From: Schmidtea nova
Taxonomy: Eukaryota
Direction: 5' to 3'
Length of the DNA stretch: 64,000 nt
Assembly (NCBI GenBank): GCA_044892505.1
Contig: CM097882.1
Coordinates: forward strand, 449,376,001-449,440,000
Both the position numbers and the translations under genes were made by a program. The notes beneath the pieces are model-generated. The model made no database searches. It worked only from the letters and a program-made list of their open reading frames with translations, and had not been told where the DNA came from. Shown piece by piece: positions 10,701 through 19,100 of this stretch. The stretch's first letter is position 1. Each line of letters opens with the position of its first letter.

Positions 10701-12052
10701 GAGTACCCGCAACCAACCTAGTAGTAATGGATACGTATATAGTCGAATTAAAAAGCTATGAAGCATTCTTCGAACCAACAACGGGAGAAATGAAAACGTT
10801 ATCCATGTGTAAAATCGACAGGAGCATGTGTCAAACGGGAATGTCAACATTAGTGTACAAACCAAAGGTGAACGAATGTCAATTACAACTGCTACAAGGA
10901 GCACAGTTCGACGAAATCCAAGGAAAAACGTTTCAGGAAGAAGACGATGACGACAAAGCTAGAGCAAAGCATCTCAAGGAAGCTTTGGAGAATAAAAGAC
11001 AATTGAAACCGGATCATAGAGAAAAACGGATAGAGATGAGAGCCACACCAACAGTGTTGATAACCACAAATCAGGATGTGGGAATGAGATTCATAAAAGG
11101 GAAAGCAACCCTTAAGTGTAGTACAACGGTATACGAAACGAATTACCCAGGAATATATGTGTCAAAACAAGAAGTGCCGAATGCGAAACCCAAAATCGAC
11201 ACAATGGATATCAAACTACACCTGTATGTGAATAATAAAATGGATTTCCTATTCCATAGAGGACAAGCCTCATTACAAAAAGTGTACTACGATCTAATAA
11301 ATAATGATTGTATACTAAATCGAGAAATACTAAAGACAAAATTGGCCGTAGCAATTACGAATCCCGATAGCGCGATGCCATTATTACCACTGAGAGAAGG
11401 ACATTTCGGAAGAGTGGTTGGAGAAGCAATGTATGTATACATCTGCGAAAAGACACACGCATCGCTAGCAGCAACAACACAGTTGAAACCTGGAACCTGT
11501 ACAAATGAGTTAGAAATCGATTACAAAGGAAAAGTACGATACGTTCAACCGGTGACGAGAATCATCAATCCACCAGGGTTTGAACCAAATCCATTCAACT
11601 GTAGTAATGCGTACGGACCGCTCTATCAGAAACCAGATGGTAAATGGGTTATGTTCCCAGGAAGATCCGAAGTGATAGCACCAAGAGAATTCGAGCTAAT
11701 GCAGTTGTCAAAGGATAGGCAATTCAGCGACGTAGATGTCTCAAACAACGGAATATATAGTCCAAAGGATTTAGAAGCAGCAAGGCAGAATATATTATTT
11801 CCAGCGAGAAGAGAAGCATTACTGTCAAATATCGTAACGATAACGGGAGGAACGAATTATCGAGAAGGACCGAATTATGAACTGTTGTTGTCACCAGCAC
11901 ACTTCAAGAAAGCCACAGAAAATATGATGAAAGCAATGTGGGGAAGATTTCTGATATTCGGACAAATGATGGCTGGAATACTGGGGGTTATATTAATAAT
12001 ACAAATCGTCAGAGTGATAATAACGCAAATGTTAGCGTGTTTCGATATCTAA
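4763..12052 (+). CDS. gag-env: Gag-accessory-Env polyprotein: capsid, 3 CCHC knuckles, 3 ubiquitin-like domains, Bcl-2-like domain, signal peptide and class III fusion glycoprotein with TM
   Basis: Capsid-like FNGDASKLETFLKEF (first ATG 5258); CX2CX4HX4C x3 (5969-6121); YVINKGGWETF (BH2-like); signal MNLSSIIMMMLIWM..ATA|FEVFDC (10208); Cys-rich ectodomain with CKVQKTRFAFYCG, GEAMYVYIC, CTNEL..QPVTRII; C-terminal hydrophobic segment. Confidence 0.85.
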   Translation: MRTGVKSVVIKPTEKKVGSESNKKDKTSTTTKTTKKQKAGKDNNKNPQGSKARKIIRDKAIIENDKLSVVSNSSSNKENQAEPKESQTSEIEVDETNNDNIEELESEVEQEVEINESDNDSIISDHEVIRETESDSSSSKTEDEHNNELETRGNESKITQDSGIEMGEPREEIKDKFSGEPFNGDASKLETFLKEFGIFVEVCKWKAETTVSRIQLYLKDSALDLYLEAKNGTNPPTSWTAIKDFFQQTFGINKVLSEAFIEFSMRKQKMNESNAVYASELKKLAKSVFKDGGPINEELMAAIFIGGLRRPDIRAQVGCQGCKTIDQALETANRFELHMIGSEGRIYLAMDTAQTEPEVNLNNHIPNSQQLNRPPPQRRNEGNKVQNFESQNNYNPQRQTKQCKTCGKLGHWQQECYQNLNCGKCGVKGHSESRCSTIICFNCGRPGHYSRNCGQKSNQRGNWQSNGNRPNYGNQANTVNRPDYGNQQVNNNNNQNKTTPKEIHLMQEVQRLTELINNTTRGNPQTNQQQISMMRKIESENERLNRESQARHAQEWARIQREDEQKQQERERQPLRINMLRATNQTDTREKETTLEMNSIDPNPADNESRKEIVQKDEEVEKEAEKGEETEINQEERRKIWKKGMMVIMPNDHMFRFQYNAKEKVEILFNKVNQMIPGVTKLPREAFLQIGDAPSVKLKLTDTWENVGVTETKRNVMRIKEIEPEEIPPPIRHETRIRRIFEGKMIRRRLKEIDELGKKMGKVEVIEDKSEPTPEIDKNEQEPTENIQGETNQTAHINMLRNTTREFSDEEEDSDISSLAGDILNESEDENKEREVIKTSEPTQIKVDEIQKLLDNSLEVIYNEEFMDKKQYRKFMKALLQMNYKEWLQDREVDMLNRYVGKLIEEPLLNYTISIIINTSTPRIWIKTPFTDDIYRWVEDRLGSSYKNKFIYSQNRLVKKRTHLVETGIWPGEITLLSICDEKEEENLQEVAREANACFERRIKPRLEYEKERVLRKNLNSLIEQIIPQVKKHRKELMRSEYEKLKRCIECIRDTSHTRWSQISHDKLIAKMGKTMFRQGKITDLKISVELPNEDTKEIEVVADCTIKELINVINETLVQREPEDEWEDDIIIQYNEHVLWDHDERRLYKIGIWDNHQTIHVIRMDDTPRETAKDEKRERERRKEVVRKLQQIVEIYRNWRIGPEWENVLEELNLNRRIRTPVEKQWNEKGKCWEPKEGEYEEEYKRGIEDGCEPEMGRVCMVTRKATPIDLDGPETAAMWLEREKQKTEEFVEILKTNAHGKRKVIKGLADFFVVNGEDITCLRKVAKAIAEYKRVNEWCPEQLDHVIRKWRNQEFSQEIPQKVHLRIIYPNKDKEELWVGIAEKIRDIKKKLRYEPPFHLQHQGRSLDNSLEIGITPAQLDLMNTLTVEAIAGQPLKRKEENHKPHRSISTPSPMKPVLTPGTSSRRSETTPRGTRERTPPQPYDVDEILTDSDDMIEELTELTREKDDNIFERIQELPTTIQVTNTGEAEVEEEIIIEEVNDLTEDETRGANVENVQLTQEMERWLEERANEPRDVTEETGRATRFVEIGTGMDKRPRGRPKTDPATVVIRNKDEKRQDQWELCLKKLNKIAEMKEKETTPICQGEEWISKTIMELLAIIDPELRKYWRITEISEKAKSLHSAIAPILPEFIKEKTKSNHLDWQGTTMLIKKLTEGAETDNKYVIAIAYTIYNLLTLSRGRPKPTALERHIKNTAKIIAREIEPYVINKGGWETFIKTNQKKTQAKNMKKKFEKILEELGKEQAGTGNAKSSMNLSSIIMMMLIWMISTDSATAFEVFDCDQMKLGEKYSLRGTEQCKDATPVELQKIKKEQWYHVYQEAELIKTMVNECKVQKTRFAFYCGRGHYSAIVMPGTEREPIVLQGEDCEALFKHGEVTTRDKIKIRGKPGMMMQQTYYVAGRITGGEGYCQGETYPIFGVPATNLVVMDTYIVELKSYEAFFEPTTGEMKTLSMCKIDRSMCQTGMSTLVYKPKVNECQLQLLQGAQFDEIQGKTFQEEDDDDKARAKHLKEALENKRQLKPDHREKRIEMRATPTVLITTNQDVGMRFIKGKATLKCSTTVYETNYPGIYVSKQEVPNAKPKIDTMDIKLHLYVNNKMDFLFHRGQASLQKVYYDLINNDCILNREILKTKLAVAITNPDSAMPLLPLREGHFGRVVGEAMYVYICEKTHASLAATTQLKPGTCTNELEIDYKGKVRYVQPVTRIINPPGFEPNPFNCSNAYGPLYQKPDGKWVMFPGRSEVIAPREFELMQLSKDRQFSDVDVSNNGIYSPKDLEAARQNILFPARREALLSNIVTITGGTNYREGPNYELLLSPAHFKKATENMMKAMWGRFLIFGQMMAGILGVILIIQIVRVIITQMLACFDI

Positions 12053-13129
12053 AAGAGAGAAAAGAAAGTGAATTGGAAAATGGTAGTAGGATTTTTACCA
12101 TTCCTTGCGAAAACGATGGTGTTACACGGTCACTCAAAAGATATCCACCGAATAAAAAGACTCCTGAAGATATTAGCAAAAATGAAGGGAACAGATGAAG
12201 AAGTAGGACGCAAATTTAAAAAGATAATGAACGACGAACAAGCAAGACAACAGCTCAAGAGAGAAAGAAAAGGTTTATGGGAGAGGATGAAAGGATATAA
12301 AACCCAAAATGATTCGAGTGACGACGATGATGACGATGACGACTATAAGGGAGGACAAGTGTATAAGAACCAAGCACCACAATACATCGAAAAGAATCCA
12401 GCCGACGCATGGAAATGTTACGCGCCTCCACCAACAATGTATCAAGAACCACTACAAGGAGGAAAAAATAGCACGATGCAAATGATGCCAATGACAAATG
12501 TATACCCCATGATACCAGAAGATTATAAAATGAGAAGATGTAGAAGCGTAGATCCACAAGGAGATACACACACGATCGCAGTAATGTCATCAAACACAGG
12601 TCCAGTGTTAACCACGACAATAGAAATTAACGGAAGAGAAATCGAAGCAATGATCGACACGGGAGCAAACATTTCCGCCATCGACATCAAATGGATACCA
12701 CAAGAGCAAAGACGGGAAATAGAAAGAACAAACGTCCATGTAATTGCATGTAGCAAAGAAGTTGTAGAAGTAGCAGGAAGATGGTGGGTAAAAATACGCC
12801 ACTTAAACACGGAAATCGATACCTACGTAGCAGTTATACCAGCATTAAGCGTGCCTTGCATTATCGGAACAGATTTGATGCCAGCATTATTTAAAGAGAT
12901 TGTAATCGATCTCGGAACAATGAGACTAAAAGATCGCACCGGACAAATATGCGCAATAGAAGCCAAAGTGACAAGTTCAAAGCAAATGATCATACCCGCA
13001 AGAAAGGAGAAAATATGTTACGTAAAAATAGATCCGACAATCCAAGGTGATATGATTTTCGAACCAAGTAAGAGATTCGAGAAAAGAAAAGCGTTGCCAA
13101 TGGCAAGAGGATTTTGTCAACATAAATGA
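12053..13129 (+). CDS. pro: Env cytoplasmic tail plus retropepsin aspartic protease; same frame as the upstream ORF, separated by a single TAA
   Basis: AMIDTGANISAI (DTG at 12656) and CIIGTDL motifs; 12068-4763 is a multiple of 3; sequence reads CFDI*KREKKVNW. Confidence 0.85.
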   Translation, partial: KREKKVNWKMVVGFLPFLAKTMVLHGHSKDIHRIKRLLKILAKMKGTDEEVGRKFKKIMNDEQARQQLKRERKGLWERMKGYKTQNDSSDDDDDDDDYKGGQVYKNQAPQYIEKNPADAWKCYAPPPTMYQEPLQGGKNSTMQMMPMTNVYPMIPEDYKMRRCRSVDPQGDTHTIAVMSSNTGPVLTTTIEINGREIEAMIDTGANISAIDIKWIPQEQRREIERTNVHVIACSKEVVEVAGRWWVKIRHLNTEIDTYVAVIPALSVPCIIGTDLMPALFKEIVIDLGTMRLKDRTGQICAIEAKVTSSKQMIIPARKEKICYVKIDPTIQGDMIFEPSKRFEKRKALPMARGFCQHK

Positions 13130-16100
13130 TAATGGAGAAATCCCAATAAATATGGTAAATTTCGACGAGGAGGATAAAATAATCTACGAAAACGAAAGAC
13201 TAGGTAAACTAACCCCAATGATGGATATCGAACTACCAATAGAAGGAGCAGGGAAAGACAAAGAACCAACCTGGAATATTGACAGTGAATTATTAAATGA
13301 GGACCAAAAGAAACAGTTAGAAAAACTGCTGATAGAGTATAAGGATATATTCGCAGCATCCGATTTAGATCTAGGAACATGTGATGTCACACTACATACA
13401 ATACCATTAACAGATGAAACACCAATTGCATTAAGGCCGTACAAATTAGCGGAAGCACAGAAGGCAGTAGCAGAAGCAGAAGTGAAGAAAATGTTGGATG
13501 CAGAAGTAATCGAACCAAGTTGTTCACCCTGGCAATTTCCAGTGGTAATGGTGAAGAAGAAAGACGGAACACAGAGATTCTGTATAGATTACCGAAGATT
13601 GAATACAGTGACAAAACGAGATACTTACCCATTACCAGACATCAACGAGATGCTACTAACATTACAAGGAGCAGCATATTTTACGTCGTTAGATCTGAAA
13701 AGCGGATATTGGCAAATAAAAATGAAGGAAGAAGATAAAGAGAAAACTGCCTTTACCATCGGTAGAGACCTATATCAATTTCGAAAGATGCCATTTGGAT
13801 TAACGAACGCACCAGCATCATTTCAGAGATGCATGAATTTCGTCACCCATGGAATAAAGCAGTGCATGGTCTACATCGACGATTTATTAATTTATTCTAG
13901 TACATTCGAACAACACATACAAGACATTCGAGATGTATTCGTTAGACTTAGACAATGGAAGTTAAAACTCAAGCCATCCAAGTGTGACTGGGCAAAAGAA
14001 AAGGTTACATTTTTAGGACATATAGTGTCAGCAAAAGGAAAAGAACCGGATCCTAGAAACATCGACAAGGTAAAAGAATGTCCAGTACCAAAAACAATAA
14101 CCCAAATACAAGAATTTCTCGGATTATGTGGATATTATAGGAAGTTTATAAAAGATTACGCCGGAATCGCAAAGCCTATACAGGAACTGGTAAAGAAAGA
14201 TGTATCATTCATATGGGGAGATGAACAACAAACAGCCTTTGAAACGTTGAGAGATAAATTGATAACCGCACCCATATTGGTACACCCAGACTTTAAGAAG
14301 CCATTCCTACTTGCAACAGATGCAAGCGGATATGCAGCAGGAGCAGTATTAGGACAATACGATGACGAAGGAAAAGAACGTGTAATCGGATATTATAGCC
14401 GGACATTCAAAAAGCATGAGAAAAATTATTCAGTGACAGAACGGGAAGCATTAGCGATTATACTAGCAATAAAACATTTTAAATATTTATTATGGGGTCA
14501 CATCATCTGCATAACAACAGATCACCAACCGCTTGTATGGTTAGGACAGCACAAGGAAACATCTAGTAGACTAATGCGATGGGCAATGCAGTTACAGGAG
14601 TACTCACCGGACATAAAATTTAAATCAGGACGAGCAAATGCGAATGCAGACTGTATGTCAAGACTGACATTTCCGGAATTAACCGATCCTGATGTACAAC
14701 GAATTTGTGTATTAATAGCAGAAGATTTAGATTTTAGCGAGCTTAAGAAAGATCAACAAGAAGACAAAGAATTAGGACAAATCATAGAGTTCCTAACATC
14801 TCGAAACATGGAGGTATTCAAAGAGAATAAGGAATTAAAGGAACATATAGGAAAATATCAACATCGCTACATAATAAATAAAGGATGGTTGTTAATACAA
14901 GACGGAGAAAAGAGATTGATGTGTTTACCGGAAAACAGAAGGAAAGAGATAATGATCCAGTACCATGATGGGAAATTAGGAGGCCATATGTCCGAGAAGA
15001 AGACAATAAATCGTATGAGACAAAAATATTATTGGCGAACAATGGAAGAAGATATAAAAGAATGGATTAAAAATTGTCTAACTTGTGCAACCAGAAAGGA
15101 TAGTGGGAAGAAATGGAAGAACCCGCTACAACCAATGCCGATACCAGCAGAGCCAATGACAACTATAGCAATGGACGTAATAGGACCATTACCGGAAAGT
15201 CTAAACGGAAATATTTATATATTAGTGATAACAGATTATCTGACAAAATTCCCGGAAGCATTTGCCATGCAAGACCAAAAAGCAAAAACTGTAGCAAAAA
15301 TTTTAGTGGAAGAAATATGTTGCAGATACGGAACCCCAAAACAAATACTCACAGACCAAGGAACTAATTTTATGAGCGAGCTATTGAACGAGGTAACAAA
15401 CTATTTCAGAATAGCAAAATTGAGAACTTCACCATATCACCCGCAAACGAATGGACAAACGGAGCGATTCAATGGTACATTGATTAGAATGTTATCAAAT
15501 TACGTCAGCAGACACCAAACTGATTGGGACGAATACATAAAATTATGTTTAATGGCATACCGAATGTCGATACATGCAGCAACAAAACTAAGCCCATTTC
15601 AACTTATGTATGGAAGAGAATGCAACATGCCCATAGATTTAGAGTATCAGCCACCATTATCGCAATATATGGAAGACGACGACTACGTAACCAAATTCAA
15701 AGAAAGAATGCAGGAAATATGGAAAACGGCAGAACTCAACATTAAATTTTATCAGGAAAGTTATAAGGATTTACACGACCAAAAGAAAAATGTAAAAGCA
15801 AACGATCTAAAACCAGGAGATTGGGTGATAATAGAAACTCCCGAAATAATACCAGGAACTGTTAAGAAACTCCAAAGACCTGGAAGAGGACCTTATGAAA
15901 TTATATACAAAAAGGACAATAATGTCAAAGTTAAGCTAATAAATCGACCGTTAATACGACCCATATATGTAAACACTTGCAGATGTAAGAAAGTACCTAA
16001 AACGATAACTACAACACCAGAGAATCGAATAATAACCAGATCACAAACAGCCAGGATAAATATGCTCAGAGCTAATGCAACTGAAGACGACAAAGCAGAA

Positions 16101-19100
16101 ATAAGGCAAAAAGAAATCAGAAATAAAGAAATTATATTGAAGGCGAGAGAGATAATGGGAAGATGGCATGTTAGAGACGAAGTAGGCATATCAAGGGATA
16201 TTAGACATATAATTAGCCGTTACGCACAAGGATTACCAACCGAACCAATTATTTCTGAATTATTGGAAAAAATCCCTGAAATACTCTTATTGAAAGATGT
16301 AGGAGGACAACCAGCCTTACATAATGCGATAGAGTGTAAAAACATTGAAAGAGCAAAAGAATTTCTAAAAATCGCAAAAGAAACAAACCAAAACTTGGAC
16401 GTAGGGAATCGGGAACAAGAAACTCCATTAATGACAGCCGCAATCCACCAAGCAGATAAAGAAATGATAGACCTATTGATAAAAGCTCATTTCAGTTGGA
16501 CAGAACGAGATAGAGAAGACAAAACAGTGCTAAATCACGTAATATGGAGTTCTCACCAACCAATGCTGAAATACATAATAGCTAACTCCACTTGGGAGAT
16601 AGACGAACTAGTTAAAAGAGACATTATCAAAGAGGCAATCAAAATTGGTAAATGCAACACGATCCGTAAGTTAATCAAATGGAAACGACCAGAAGATGAT
16701 ACATGGGTCTTAGACATAAACGAAGTATACAGCGAAGGACAAAACGCACTGTTAAGATACCTTTTGAAATTTACTTGTGATCAGAAGACATTACTAACCT
16801 TATTAGACAGAGGAAACATAAACATCACAAAGAATGAAGAAGAATACAAATTCGATAAAGAGAAGGAAGCCTTATTCAATAAGATTAGGAAATGGTGTGC
16901 GAAACCACTTGACAAACTAATAACATACAAAGACATAAACAATTTTAACGAGAAATACCAGACAATAGTAAGTGAGTACGAGGAATTAGTAAAAATCTTA
17001 AACCATCCCGAAAAATGCAAACAGGTTTTAGAGAAAAAAGAAAGAGAAAGTAACAAGAAACTCACACCACTCTTCAAAGCAGAAGCACCATACCAAGCTA
17101 GACTAGATGCGATACAAGAAAAAGCAAAAGAATTGTTACCGGAATTCGAGAATAGTAAACATGCACTGGAAATACTCGGTGCATTAGTTGAAAAAGTACA
17201 CGCATACGCAAAAGGAACTTACAACGGAAACGACATAGTAATAATAAAAAAGGAGATGCCAGTAACATTTTTACTACCAAAGGACGGAATAATGCCCATA
17301 CATAGAGCTCTACGAAATGGCAAAGATAGAAAAGTAATGGAAATTGCAAGAGTAATGCAAAATTGCGGAAGCAATATGAATATGATAGACGAGAAAGGAG
17401 ATACACTTATGGTATTTGCAGCAAGGGCCAAAACGAAAACAAAGGTATTAGAGGAACTATACAAAGCAGGTGCAGGACTTACAGGAAAGACAGATAAAGA
17501 TAATTCGATATTGGATGTAGCATTATTAACACACAATTGGGAAATGGTCAATTTCATTAAAACCGTCCCAAATCAGGAAGAAATAGATCACCTAACTGAT
17601 ACGGTCAAGAAACCCAGTGTACTAGCAATGATGAACAACGTCGAACTAACAGAATCAATACTTACGTGGATAAATCCTAATACTAACGAACCAGCATTCA
17701 GGATTAATAAATTTACAGAACATAACCAAAACTGGTGTATAAGAAGTGCCTTAATAACGTATAAATGGCCAGAGATATTGAAGATGTTTATGGAAAGAAA
17801 GGATCTAAGAATCACAACCAGCCCGAAAGAAGAAAAATACACAGGCAAATGGAAAGAATTGATGAAGACATACATCAACAATTGGATCAAGGCCAAAAAG
17901 GAAATCTTGGAATATAAATCCACTAACAAAGTAATACCGGAGCAGGTAGAAACACAAGAATTTGAGGCAAGCAATCTAACGACATTAGCATATGCAAAAT
18001 TAATAGAAGAAATCAATGTCGAGGACGACATTTTCGACGAGCCAGGGGGAGATGACAACACAGATAGTGACGACGATAACAACTCAGAAAATTCAAGCGA
18101 TCACGAACCACCCGATAAAGAGGAAAACGAGAGAAAAGACAAGAAACGAGACAAGGAAGGAAAGAAAGGTGAAGACGAAAAACAAAGAGATGAAGAGAGA
18201 GAACAAGGAACAAACGACCAAGGAGATAAAAATGACACCCAAAGAACAGGTTATAAATCAACCATAAAACCATTCTTCAAACCAGAATTACTATTACTAA
18301 CAATGATTATAACGTTAATTAATCCAAGTCAGGGAATGACATGTGAAGAAAGGGCAATAATACAAATAAAAAACGCAAAAGGAATCGAACGAGTATGTTG
18401 GTCGAAAAAGGACAAAATCACGGAACAAAATAGCCCGATGGATTGCAGAATCTCAAAACACGAGCAAGAGATCATAGAGATCAATGACTTAGATCTAGAT
18501 ACCTGGTACAAAATATGCACCGTTAGAAAACAAAAACATCCAAGATCACACAACACAATCGCATGTGCAAAATACCAAACACCTAAAGCAGCCATGACAA
18601 TACAACAGTCACCCAAAGGAGATTACATCATCGGAAAATGTGGAAGAACAGAGACACAGAGAACAGAAAATAAAAAACCCCAGGCAATAGATAAGCAAAC
18701 AACACCAACCCTACGAATTACAATAGAAAGGCCCGAAACAAGAATTGCCACAAACGAAACCGAAAGAGTGTCTTACCAAATGGAAGTATTATGCTTAGCA
18801 CTCATACTAATAATAATAAAACGATTAGAGGAAGGAATAGAAATTGAAACTATGACAATAACAGAAGTGGAAGATACACAGAACACTAACATAAAATGTT
18901 GGGCGAGGAATAACGAGGAAATCGGCGTAAATGAAATAAGGAAAAGTCGAAAACCCACAACAAACAAAGTAATTAAAGTATCCGAAGTAAGAGCAGACAA
19001 GACGTACAAACTATGCCTATTAGAAAAAGAGACAAACAAGAAAGGTACCACAAAATGTAAAACATTCCAACCTGGAGAAGTAATAAAGTTCAGAAGGAGA

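Noticed and set aside
11938-12198. Overlapping ORF as a frameshift bridge from env to protease
   Set aside because: Unnecessary because env and protease are already in the same frame; the peptide is featureless.
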